A DNA stretch of 64,000 bases from an uncultured delta proteobacterium (GTDB taxonomy: Bacteria; Myxococcota_A; Polyangia; Fen-1088): NCBI GenBank assembly GCA_963767925.1, contig CAVYGB010000008.1, positions 1,664,001-1,728,000 on the forward strand, read 5' to 3'. Made by a program: the position numbers and the translations under genes. Positions 18,432 through 27,607 of this stretch are shown here, one piece after another. Numbering within the stretch: position 1 is the stretch's first letter; every line of letters starts with the position of its first letter. A model generated the notes under the pieces. That model was given only the letters and a program-made list of their open reading frames with translations, was not told the origin of the DNA and made no database searches.

Positions 18432-20303
18432 CTACTCGCCCTGGCCCCCGCCGGCGCGCTTGCTCGCGGGCGCCGACTCCTCGGGCACCAGGGACCGCTG
18501 CAGGTGATTGGCCACCGGCTCGATGGTGTGCGGGGCTTCGGCAACGAACAGCAGCAGCGACCGCTGCTTGGCTCCCCCGAGCTTGAGGAGGACGTTGCAG
18601 GCGGCGATGAGCGGGCCGGGGTCCCCCACGAACGCCGGATCCGCGCGATACTGCAAAAGAAAGTCCTGGAAGGGCTCGAGCGCCTCCCGGGCCTGCAGGG
18701 CGATGGCCGCGTCGGCGATCGAACCGACGGCCTGCAGGTCGGTGTCGGGCAAGCGCAGGTGCTCGACCAGCAGGGGGATCGCCTCCTTCGCCTTCAGGGT
18801 CGTCACCGCCCGCGCGAAGAAGTCCAGCCGCTTCGGCTGGCGGTCCTCGGCGTAGTCCGGGCGAACCCTCAGAGCCTCCAGATAGACGGGCAAGAGCGCG
18901 CGGTCCTGGCGGGAAGCCAGGACCTCCATGGTCTTTTTCAGGACGGCCGGCGGCACCACCTCGCCGATGTCGAGCGCCCGCAGGAGCTGTCGAGCCACGT
19001 CCGGCCCGCCCATCCTGGTCAGCTCCTCGAGGGCGAACATGCGGACGTCGGTGAAGCGGCGGTCGGGATCCCAAAGAATGGAGGCCAGAGTGTTGACCAG
19101 GTTCGGATCGGTCTGGCTGCCCCCGGTGCCCGGTCCGAACCCGTCGGCATCGAAGGTTGCGCCGGTGACCGCCAGGGCGTCGGGGCCGGCCAGCGTCGCC
19201 TGGTAAGTCACCGCGCCCGAGTTGGCGTCCAGGGTCTTGAAGGTCCCATCGGTGGTCACGAACAGGATCGCGGGACCGGTGTGGGCCGACGAGATGGCGT
19301 CGGTACGGGGCTGGTTGTAGGCCCAGCGCAACCCGCCGCTGGCGGCATCGATCGCGAAGAAGAACCGGAAGTTGTGGACCACCACCGCGCCCCGGGCGAA
19401 GGCGGAGGCCTCGCCCTGCGGCGTGGCCCGCCAGAGCAGCCGGTTGCGATCGAGGGCCGAGTAGTCGACCTCGGCCGGCCGGTACATGTCGTTGTGGTAG
19501 AGGGGGCGCACGAACTCCGGCAAGGTCGCCCGCATGTACGCCGGCGACTTACGCTCGGCGACCGCCGTCCCGCCCGAGGCCAGGAAGACCCCCTGCGAGC
19601 CGAAGAACAGGCCCTCCGGCAACCCCCGCACGAAGCTGGCTGCCTCCTCGCGCGAGAGGATGTCGGCCAGCACCTGCCCCGACGGACCATCGAGCAGGGT
19701 CACCCACTGCGACTGCCGGGGCACCACCACGAGCTTGCGCCAGACGGCCGGTGCGCCGACCGGGCCGGTAACGTCCCGGGAGAACCGCTGCGCGCCGCTG
19801 GCGGCATCGTAGGCGACGACGGCCGCCTGTCGAGCCGCCGCCGAGCTGCCGCCGGCGGTCTGGACCACCTCCGCCACCGTGTTGCCCGAGGCGGCGTACC
19901 CCATGCGGGTGAAGGCGGCATCCAGCGTCTTTTGCCAGCGCACGGCCCCCGTCGCCACGTCCCGGGCCACCAGGGTGCCCTTGCGATCGGCGTGAACGAT
20001 CACCTCCCGGGCCACCGCCACCCGGCCCCCGACCTCGGCCGGCTGCCGCCAGAGCAGGCGCTTGTCTCGAAGATCGAAGGCCAGCAGCTCGGGGGCGCCG
20101 CCCGGCGTCCGGGCGACGACGAAGGCCAGCGGGCGCCCGAGCTTGTTGGTGGGGCCGTTCTCGGCCTCGCCAGCGCGGGCCAGGGCCGCCCGCACCAGGG
20201 CCGGGTCGCCCCCGCGCGTGGAAGAGGACGAGGGGATGACCGGCACCGCACAGGCCGATGCCAGCATCGCCGTCCAGAGCGCCCCGATGGCTCCACGTCT
20301 CAT
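18432..20303 (-). CDS. Lipoprotein with PQQ-like (BamB-type) beta-propeller and C-terminal HEAT repeats
   Basis: ATG 20303; lipobox-like ASAC; repeats ARDVATGAVRW, AYDAASGAQRF, AIDAASGGLRW; helical C-terminus. Confidence 0.82.
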   Translation of the reverse strand: MRRGAIGALWTAMLASACAVPVIPSSSSTRGGDPALVRAALARAGEAENGPTNKLGRPLAFVVARTPGGAPELLAFDLRDKRLLWRQPAEVGGRVAVAREVIVHADRKGTLVARDVATGAVRWQKTLDAAFTRMGYAASGNTVAEVVQTAGGSSAAARQAAVVAYDAASGAQRFSRDVTGPVGAPAVWRKLVVVPRQSQWVTLLDGPSGQVLADILSREEAASFVRGLPEGLFFGSQGVFLASGGTAVAERKSPAYMRATLPEFVRPLYHNDMYRPAEVDYSALDRNRLLWRATPQGEASAFARGAVVVHNFRFFFAIDAASGGLRWAYNQPRTDAISSAHTGPAILFVTTDGTFKTLDANSGAVTYQATLAGPDALAVTGATFDADGFGPGTGGSQTDPNLVNTLASILWDPDRRFTDVRMFALEELTRMGGPDVARQLLRALDIGEVVPPAVLKKTMEVLASRQDRALLPVYLEALRVRPDYAEDRQPKRLDFFARAVTTLKAKEAIPLLVEHLRLPDTDLQAVGSIADAAIALQAREALEPFQDFLLQYRADPAFVGDPGPLIAACNVLLKLGGAKQRSLLLFVAEAPHTIEPVANHLQRSLVPEESAPASKRAGGGQGE

Positions 20304-21133
20304 GGTGTCCCCCTTGCGTCGACCAGCTTCTGCGCCTCCCCGCGCGAGGCGCGGTTGTCCTTCTCGGGGATGCTGGTCAGGTATTCGACGAGCGCCGTTG
20401 TGGCGGCCGGCCCCGGCATGCGCGCCAGGGTGTTGATGACGTCGACGCGCAGCCGGTCGGCTACCTCCGGTCGCTTGAGGAACTCCCCCAGCGCGGTCGC
20501 CAGCACGGCGTCGTCGATCCGACCGCGCAGCTCGGCGAGCCGGGGCACGTCGTCCGACTTGATCAACGTGCCGAGGGGCCCGGCCGCGCCAGCGTCGTTC
20601 TTGGCCACGAGCTTGAACAGGCGGGGCGCGGCCCGACCCTCCTTGCGGTCGGCCAGGGTCTCGGCGGCGACCGTCCGGATCTCGGCCGCGCTGTCGCCCA
20701 GCCGTTCGATCAAGACCCCGGCGACCCGCGGGTCGTCGAGAGCGGCGAGCGCCCGCAAGGCCGCCTTTCGAACCGGGACGTTGCGGTTGCCGCTGTAGAG
20801 GGTCAGCACCTGGATCGCCTTGCGATCCCGGAGCTTCTCGAGACCCTGCAGCGCCTCGACCGCCAGATTGGGCAAGGCGCCGACGGCCAGGAGCTCGGCG
20901 AGCGGATCGGCCGCCTCCCGGGCGCCCGAGTCGCCGAGACGCTGGGCGGCGGTGACCGCCGTGGTCACGTCTTCGCCCAGCAGCTTGGCGCGCAGGTCGG
21001 CTAGCTCCGCCGACGGGAGGGGCTTTGGCGGCTTCGCGCGCGCCGCCGCCCCGGTCGGGGGGGCTGCCGCAACGTCGCCGACCGCCAGCGCCCAGACCAC
21101 GATCCACCCAAGGAGGTGCCTCACCAGGCACAC
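20300..21133 (-). CDS. Exported HEAT repeat protein
   Basis: N-terminal signal-like segment ending AAA; HEAT repeats (VRKAALRALAALDDPR, LGDSAAEIRTVAAETL); 4-nt overlap with downstream gene. Confidence 0.82.
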   Translation of the reverse strand: MCLVRHLLGWIVVWALAVGDVAAAPPTGAAARAKPPKPLPSAELADLRAKLLGEDVTTAVTAAQRLGDSGAREAADPLAELLAVGALPNLAVEALQGLEKLRDRKAIQVLTLYSGNRNVPVRKAALRALAALDDPRVAGVLIERLGDSAAEIRTVAAETLADRKEGRAAPRLFKLVAKNDAGAAGPLGTLIKSDDVPRLAELRGRIDDAVLATALGEFLKRPEVADRLRVDVINTLARMPGPAATTALVEYLTSIPEKDNRASRGEAQKLVDARGTP

Positions 21134-21270
21134 ATATCCCGCCCCCCGATACGCGTCAATTCAGCTCTCGCGTTGCCGCCGGGGGGGCGGCGTCACGGAG
21201 GCGGCGCGGTCACCGGCTCCACCGGGCCCGGGGTCGACCCCTCCGTCAAACTTCTTCGGCCGGGCTGGTC

Positions 21271-21825
21271 CTACTTCTTCTTGGCCTCGTCGTCGCCGAA
21301 CTCGACCTTGCCGCTGTAGTTGGGCCCCTTGCCCCGCAGCCAGAAGGTTGTGGAGGCGATCATCCGCCGGCCCGACTCCATGGTCATGAGGTACTTCTTG
21401 TTCTCCTCGAACTCGGGCTTGCCGAGCTGGATGTTGGCGGCGAAGACCCGGGTGTTCTTGTCGCGGGTGTATTGCTCGTCACCGGCCACGAACCGCTGCG
21501 AGCCGCTGCCCACCTCCCAGAACTTGAGGTTCACCTCGTTGTCATTGAGAGGCCGGGCGAAGAAGGCGATGTATTCGATCAGCCAGACCGTCTCGTCGGG
21601 GCTCTTCTCGTCCTTGGGCCAGATCCGATCGATCTTGGCCTTGTTGACCGCCGCGATGAACGCCCCCGCGGAGGGGAAATGGGTGGGGAGGCGATCCTTG
21701 GTCAGGATGATGCGTCCCTTGAAGACGTCCTCCGGTTTTTTGGCGGCGTGGCTCACCGACGGGCGAGACAGGCAAAGGAGAGGCAACAGACCGAGGACGT
21801 TTCGACGGCGGTACATCAACAGCAC
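21271..21825 (-). CDS. Hypothetical exported protein
   Basis: RRR plus hydrophobic signal ending SHA; beta-rich mature domain; typical coding codon bias. Confidence 0.78.
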   Translation of the reverse strand: MLLMYRRRNVLGLLPLLCLSRPSVSHAAKKPEDVFKGRIILTKDRLPTHFPSAGAFIAAVNKAKIDRIWPKDEKSPDETVWLIEYIAFFARPLNDNEVNLKFWEVGSGSQRFVAGDEQYTRDKNTRVFAANIQLGKPEFEENKKYLMTMESGRRMIASTTFWLRGKGPNYSGKVEFGDDEAKKK

Positions 21826-21918
21826 CTCACGATTTGAGCGCGGCCCACACTACAATCTCATCGGGGGAGTTGGCCGTTTTTTTGACGAGCGCCGCCGGGT
21901 TGTTAGGGTCGATGTCGT

Positions 21919-24099
21919 ATGGTCGGCCCCAGTCCATCCGCTCCATCCGCTCCATCCGCGCTCCCCAGCGCTGACCACGGTGCGGCACTCGAGCAAGGGT
22001 TGCGCCTGGCCGCCGCCTCCGGTCGCGCACCGGGGTCGGCCGATGTGCTCCTCGGCCTGCTGACCGCGGGTGGCGCCGCCGCGCGGTTGCTGATCGAACG
22101 CGGCCTGGAGGCCCACCGGCTCGAAGCGCTGATGCCCCGGCTGCGTCCGGAGGCGGCCCTGCGCCCCGACGTGCTGGACCGGATGAGCCAGGACATCGCG
22201 CGCAGCCTGGGGGCCCAGCAGACGTCGTCGCTGCACCTCCTGCTCGCCTTGCTGCGGACCGGCAGCGGGGCGGTTCACCTCCTGCGCCTGGCCGACCAGG
22301 ATCCGTCCCGCTTGCGGGCTGTGGTGCTGCGCGCGCTGACCGGACCGGGGCGCCTGGCGGACCGAACCGGCCCGCGCGCACCGGGGAACCTCCCCCCGGC
22401 TCCCGAGGCGCCGGCCAGCGGATCGGTGGCGAGACCAGCCGGCCCCCCGGCGACGACCGAGTCGGCGTCCCTCGATCTGTTGCCGCTGGAGGCACCCTCC
22501 AGCCCGGTCCTGTACCGGGAGCGAGAGATCGGACGCCTCCTGGACCTTCTGCAGGCGCCGCGCGTGCGCGTCGTGGCCGTGGTCGGTGAGCTCGGGGCCG
22601 GGCGCAGCTCGGTGCTGTCGGCGCTGGCGGCGGCATCGCCGGAGCGGCCGCTGGTCCCGGCGGGCGCGCCGGCCGGCGGTCTGTCGCCCGGCGGCTGGAT
22701 CGCCCAGCTCCACCGGATGGCGGCGCCCGCCGCGCCCCTGGTCCTTGACGGCTGCGGCCTGCTGGTCGCCGAGGGGAGCGACGGGCCCGCCCAGCTCGTC
22801 GCCACCGCGCGCGCCGGCCGCCGCTGGATCCTGGCGGCCAGCCCGGCCGACCTGCGCCGGCTCGAGCTGGCCACGCCCGAGCTCACGGCCGGGATGGAGA
22901 CCGTCGTGCTGTCGCCGCTCACCGGCGACGCCCTGTGGGACGTTGTCGAAAACGGCCTGGGCCACCTGGCGGCATCGACCGGCGTCGAGCTGGCCGCCGA
23001 CGTCTGCCGGGCGCTGCTGCGGCTGTCGCCCCGGTACCCCAGCGAGCTGGCCCAGCCGGGGCGCGCGCTCACGGTGGCGGGCGTGGCGGTGGCGCGGGCC
23101 CTGCGCCTGGCGCAGCCCCGGGTGACGGAGCGAGAGGTGGCCGAGGTGGTGGCCGCTGCCGCCGACATCCCCGCCAATCGCCTCCTGCGCAGCGACGACG
23201 AGCGCTTCCGGACCCTGGAGGAGCGGCTGGCCGAGCGGGTTGTCGGACACGAGCCGGCGCGGGTCCGCATCGCCGACGTGCTCCGGCGCAGCTACGCCGG
23301 CTTCCGGGGCCAGCGCCCACTCGCCTCCCTGCTCCTCCTCGGACCCACCGGCGTCGGAAAGACCGAGACCGCCCGCGCCATCGCCGAGGCCCTGTTCGAC
23401 GGGGACGCGGCGCTGGTTCGCATCGACCTGTCCGAATACAGCGAGCCCCACGCGGTCGCCCGGCTGATCGGCTCGCCGCCCGGCTACGTCGGCTACGAGC
23501 AGGGGGGCCAGCTCACGGAGGCGATCCGGCGGCGCCCGGCCGCGGTGGTGCTGCTCGACGAGCTGGAGAAGGCCCACCGGGAGGTGCTCCTGGTCCTGCT
23601 GCAGGTGCTCGAGGACGGCAGGTTGACCGACGGCCGCGGGCGAACGGTCGACTTCACCGCCGCCGCCGTGGTCATGACCTCGAACCTCGGCAGCGAATGT
23701 TACAAGCGGACCCGGACCCCCTCACCCGCCACGATCCTGGGGCTGGCCCGGACCCGTCTGCCCGCCGAGCTCTGGAACCGGATCGACGAGGTGCTCTGTT
23801 ACGCCCCGCTCAAGGAGAGCGAGCTGGCCGGGATCGTGGCCCGCTTCGCCCGCGCGTCGAGCCGGCGCCTGGAGGCAGAGCGGGGCGTCGCCTTCGTCGT
23901 CGACGACAGCGTGGTGGCGGAGGTGCTCGCCGCCGAGCCCGATCGCAGCCTGGGAGCCCGCCCCTTGCGGCGGGCCTTCGAGCGGCTGGTCGAGGGACCC
24001 ATCGCCGGTCGCATCGTGGCCGGCAACCTCCGTCCCGGGGCTCACCTGCGGGTGACCGCCACCCGCCAGGGGGAGATCACCGTCACGACGACCGGCTGA
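21919..24099 (+). CDS. Clp/Hsp100-family ATPase with degenerate first AAA+ module
   Basis: Clp N-domain-like repeats; intact second module LLGPTGVGKTE, RIDLSEY, GSPPGYVGY, LLDELEKAH, GARPLRR. Confidence 0.88.
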   Translation: MVGPSPSAPSAPSALPSADHGAALEQGLRLAAASGRAPGSADVLLGLLTAGGAAARLLIERGLEAHRLEALMPRLRPEAALRPDVLDRMSQDIARSLGAQQTSSLHLLLALLRTGSGAVHLLRLADQDPSRLRAVVLRALTGPGRLADRTGPRAPGNLPPAPEAPASGSVARPAGPPATTESASLDLLPLEAPSSPVLYREREIGRLLDLLQAPRVRVVAVVGELGAGRSSVLSALAAASPERPLVPAGAPAGGLSPGGWIAQLHRMAAPAAPLVLDGCGLLVAEGSDGPAQLVATARAGRRWILAASPADLRRLELATPELTAGMETVVLSPLTGDALWDVVENGLGHLAASTGVELAADVCRALLRLSPRYPSELAQPGRALTVAGVAVARALRLAQPRVTEREVAEVVAAAADIPANRLLRSDDERFRTLEERLAERVVGHEPARVRIADVLRRSYAGFRGQRPLASLLLLGPTGVGKTETARAIAEALFDGDAALVRIDLSEYSEPHAVARLIGSPPGYVGYEQGGQLTEAIRRRPAAVVLLDELEKAHREVLLVLLQVLEDGRLTDGRGRTVDFTAAAVVMTSNLGSECYKRTRTPSPATILGLARTRLPAELWNRIDEVLCYAPLKESELAGIVARFARASSRRLEAERGVAFVVDDSVVAEVLAAEPDRSLGARPLRRAFERLVEGPIAGRIVAGNLRPGAHLRVTATRQGEITVTTTG

Positions 24100-24148
24100 T
24101 GGCGACGGCGGAGCGCGCGGCGGCTCCACTCGGGTTATTCTCGCCACC

Positions 24149-24757
24149 ATGAAACGCCCGATCGGGATGTTGTCCGTCTGCGCGCTGGCCCTCACCACGG
24201 CGCTGGCCGCCCTCGCCCCGCCGGCCCGCGCCCAGACCGAGGTGCCACAGACCTCGGTGTTCACCTACGCCGGGCGCGGCTTCCTCGTCGGCAGCATGGT
24301 CGGGCTCAGCGCCGGCTACCTGGTCGCCCGCAGCGGCGGCTGGGATCGCAGCGGCGACTGGCAACCGCTGGTCTATGGCACCGGCATCGGCGCGCTGGCG
24401 GGCGGCGTGCTCGGGCTCTCCCTGGGGATCGTCGACATGAGCCGCAACACCCCCGGCTACGGGGCGGTCATCCTGCGCGACACCGTGTACGGGGCCGCCT
24501 TCGGCGCGGCCGCCGGTGGCATCGTCGGCACCCTGGCCCTCGTCAGCACCAAGAACGGGGAACACGTCCTGCTGGGCGCGGCGGTCGGCGCCCTGGCCGG
24601 AGCGACCGCGGGCGTCGCCCTGGGAATCGTCGAGGGCAACCGCGCCCTGGCCCGGACCCAGGCCCGCCAGGGCGGTTACGGGCTCACGCTGGCAGCCGCC
24701 CCCGGCCTCGACGGCGACCCGATCTGGATGCCCGCCTTCAGCGGCCGCTGGTTCTAG
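24149..24757 (+). CDS. Gly-rich membrane/exported hypothetical protein
   Basis: Signal peptide ending ARA-Q; duplicated GxxxG-rich hydrophobic hairpins; terminal aromatic residue. Confidence 0.78.
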   Translation: MKRPIGMLSVCALALTTALAALAPPARAQTEVPQTSVFTYAGRGFLVGSMVGLSAGYLVARSGGWDRSGDWQPLVYGTGIGALAGGVLGLSLGIVDMSRNTPGYGAVILRDTVYGAAFGAAAGGIVGTLALVSTKNGEHVLLGAAVGALAGATAGVALGIVEGNRALARTQARQGGYGLTLAAAPGLDGDPIWMPAFSGRWF

Positions 24758-24763
24758 CGACCA

Positions 24764-25738
24764 CTAGGGACCGAACAGGCCGGCTAGCCGGGTGACCGCC
24801 TTGGGATCCAGATCGGGAACCCGCATGCGGGCGATCCGCAGCACCTGGCGGCCGAGCCGCTGGTAGAGGTCGAGGTTCTCCGGCGAGCGCGCGCCGAGGG
24901 CCTCGAGGTGCCGCTCCACCGACTCGACGTCACCTCGCGCGACCGGACCGGTCAGGGCCGCGGGGAGCCCCAGCTCGACGAGGTTGCGGACCGCGCTCGA
25001 CATCAGGGAGAACAGCGCGGGCAGCGCCTCCTCCTCCGGGATGCCCGCCGCCACCAGCAGCGATCGGGCGACGTCGGCCAGCGCCACGACGTAGTTCGAG
25101 GCGGTGACCGCGCCCGCGTGGTAGAGCGCCATGGTCTCGGGGTTGAGGTTGAGAATCCGGCCGCCCATGAAGCGTACCAGCCCGCGGGCCCGGCGGACCG
25201 CCTCGGCGTCCCCCTCGATCCCGAAGGCTGCTCCGGCGAGGCTCTCCAGGACCCCGGGTGCCTCGGTGACGGCGATGAGCGGATGGAGAGTCCCCACCCC
25301 CGCGACGTGTGGCCGCAGCGCCGAGAGCAGGTCGGCCGAGGAGCGGCTCCCGGCGGTGTGCAACACCACCTGCGATCGCCGCAGGCGCTGCTCGTCCAGC
25401 AGGCGCTTGGCGATCTCCTCGATCCGCGAGTCGCGCACCGCGATGATGAGGACGTCAGAGGTCGAGACGGTGGCCGGCAGGTCCCCGCTGGTGCTCAGCA
25501 CACCCGAGGCCGCGCTGGACGCCTCCGAGAGATCCGAGCGCCGTCCGTGCAACCCCACCACCGGAACCCCCACGCGCGCCAGCTTGCCGGCCAGGGTCGT
25601 CCCCACCACACCGGCGCCGATCACGAAGACCGTCGGGGTCGGCTCGGAGGGACCCTCGTGCTCGGCGGGAGGCAGGATCTCAGGGTCGGAGCCGGAGGAG
25701 GCAGCGACGTGACTCGAGGACGGCTGGGCGGTGCTCAT
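24764..25738 (-). CDS. Rossmann-like plus DUF2520 protein (PanG-type ketopantoate reductase family)
   Basis: IGAGVVG, HTAGS, LHPL, YHAGAVTASNY, ALTGPVARGD. Confidence 0.88.
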   Translation of the reverse strand: MSTAQPSSSHVAASSGSDPEILPPAEHEGPSEPTPTVFVIGAGVVGTTLAGKLARVGVPVVGLHGRRSDLSEASSAASGVLSTSGDLPATVSTSDVLIIAVRDSRIEEIAKRLLDEQRLRRSQVVLHTAGSRSSADLLSALRPHVAGVGTLHPLIAVTEAPGVLESLAGAAFGIEGDAEAVRRARGLVRFMGGRILNLNPETMALYHAGAVTASNYVVALADVARSLLVAAGIPEEEALPALFSLMSSAVRNLVELGLPAALTGPVARGDVESVERHLEALGARSPENLDLYQRLGRQVLRIARMRVPDLDPKAVTRLAGLFGP

Positions 25739-26304
25739 AACGGACGTGTCACCCCGTATAACCCTCTTTCGCGGACGTAGTCGAGCACTCTGCGCGGGAC
25801 CAGCGGGTCGATCGGCTTGCCGGTCCGCAACCGTTCACGCACCTCGGTGGAGCTGACCGGCGGCAGGCTCACGGGCGCGGCGTCCCACCCCTCCGGTCCG
25901 GCGAAGCCGGTCCGTCCCACGACGATGAAGCTCGTGCGCCTGCGCAGCTCCTCGGCGCCGAACCAGCGGCCCGTCTCCTCGACGAGGTCGGAGCCGATGA
26001 CGACGTGAAACTCCGTCCCGGGGTGCTCGCTCTGCAGCGTCCGGACCGTGTTGAGGGTCCGGCTCTCGCCACCCAGCCGCCGCTCGACGTCGCTGACCCG
26101 CACGCGGGCCCCGAGCGGCTCGGCCATGAGCTCACACATCCGGAAGCGATCTTCGAAGCGCTCGAGCGCCTTCTCGAACGGATGCAAGAAACAGGGGATC
26201 ACCCAGAGCTCGTCGATCGGCTGGGTCTCGAGCACGTAGAGCGCGGCGAGCTGATGGGCGACGTGTGGCGGGTTGAAGCTGCCGCCGAAGAGCGCCACGC
26301 GCAT
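25735..26304 (-). CDS. nadD: Nicotinate-nucleotide adenylyltransferase
   Basis: FGGSFNPPHVAH, VIGSD, VSSTEVR, VLDYVRERGLY. Confidence 0.93.
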   Translation of the reverse strand: MRVALFGGSFNPPHVAHQLAALYVLETQPIDELWVIPCFLHPFEKALERFEDRFRMCELMAEPLGARVRVSDVERRLGGESRTLNTVRTLQSEHPGTEFHVVIGSDLVEETGRWFGAEELRRRTSFIVVGRTGFAGPEGWDAAPVSLPPVSSTEVRERLRTGKPIDPLVPRRVLDYVRERGLYGVTRPL

Positions 26305-26310
26305 GGAAGG

Positions 26311-27513
26311 TTACGAGTAGAGCAGGTAGGGCCGCCGGCGTTCGGCGAAGGCGCGCTCGGCCTTCAGCCAGGTGGCGAAGATCTCCTCGGGGGTGGCCCC
26401 CCGCTCGACGCCCAGCCGGACCGCGTCCCCTCCGGTGAGGAGATCGATGGCGGGTCGATGGGACACGAACTCGTAGGGTTCGCTGCGCCAGGCGAAGGCC
26501 TCCCCCCCCAGCGACCAGAGCTCGCGCAGCAGCGCCACCCCGGTCCGATAGGGGCGGAAGGTGGTCCGATCGCTGACGTGGAGCTGAATGCCGCCGCAGG
26601 ACCGGGTCGCGAACTTGTGGAAGGTGGGCCGGAAGGAGAGCGGGCGGAAGCGCACCCCGGGCAGGTCGTAGCTCGAGAGGCGTTCGGCGAGGCGGTGGCC
26701 GTCGACGAAAGGAGCCCCGATGATCTCGAACGGGCGGGTGGTCCCGCGCCCCTCCGACACGTTGGTCCCCTCGATGAGGCACAGGCCCGGATAGACGAAG
26801 GCGGTGTCGACGGTGGGCATGTTGGGCGAGGGCAACACCCAGGGCAGGCCGGTGGCGTCGAAGGCCTCGCGCCGGCGCCAGCCCTTGACCGGCACGACCT
26901 CGAGATCGCAGTCGAGGGGACGGGCGAAACGTTCACCACCCCAGGGCAGCCCCCCCGCCACCAGACGGGCCAGCTCACCCATGGTCAGGCCGTGACGGAC
27001 CGGGATCGAGCCGAGCCCGACGAAGGACTCGACGGTGGGATCGACGTCGCCCCCTTCGATCTCGACGCCGCCGAGCGGGTTGGGGCGGTCGAGCACCACC
27101 ACCTTGACCCCGGCCCGCGCCGCCGCCTGCATGGCGAGGGCCATGGTCCAGACGTAGGTGTAGTAGCGGCTGCCGATGTCCTGCAGGTCGACCAGGAGCA
27201 CGTCGATCTCGGCCAGGGTCTCGGGCGGCGGCGACAGCGAGGCGAAGGTCGAGCCGTAGAGGCTGGTCACGGGGATGTCGGTCCGGCGGTCGCGGTCGCC
27301 ATCGACCCCCACCATGTCCTGGGCTTCGCCCCGGACCCCGTGCTCCGGTCCGAACAGCCGGACCGGTCGGATCCCGGCGCCCAGGAGCCGGTCGATGGTG
27401 TGGGTCAGATCGGGGGTGACGCTGGCCGGGTGGCAGAGCAGCCCGACGCGTCGACCGCGACAGAGAGCGAGGCGCTCGGCGACCAGAACCTCGATTCCCG
27501 GGACTGCAGGCAC
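26311..27513 (-). CDS. namZ: DUF1343 exo-beta-N-acetylmuramidase
   Basis: FGPEHG, DLQDIGSRYYTY, LDRPNPLGG, RHGLTMGEL, PSPNMPT, SEGRGTTRPF. Confidence 0.92.
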   Translation of the reverse strand: MPAVPGIEVLVAERLALCRGRRVGLLCHPASVTPDLTHTIDRLLGAGIRPVRLFGPEHGVRGEAQDMVGVDGDRDRRTDIPVTSLYGSTFASLSPPPETLAEIDVLLVDLQDIGSRYYTYVWTMALAMQAAARAGVKVVVLDRPNPLGGVEIEGGDVDPTVESFVGLGSIPVRHGLTMGELARLVAGGLPWGGERFARPLDCDLEVVPVKGWRRREAFDATGLPWVLPSPNMPTVDTAFVYPGLCLIEGTNVSEGRGTTRPFEIIGAPFVDGHRLAERLSSYDLPGVRFRPLSFRPTFHKFATRSCGGIQLHVSDRTTFRPYRTGVALLRELWSLGGEAFAWRSEPYEFVSHRPAIDLLTGGDAVRLGVERGATPEEIFATWLKAERAFAERRRPYLLYS

Positions 27514-27607
27514 GACGTTGGCTCCGGGGGGAACCTTCGCACGCCCACACCCGGCCGGGCAAGCCGCCTGCGCCGGGCCGGAGCTCGGCCCGGTGCACTA
27601 GACCCGC

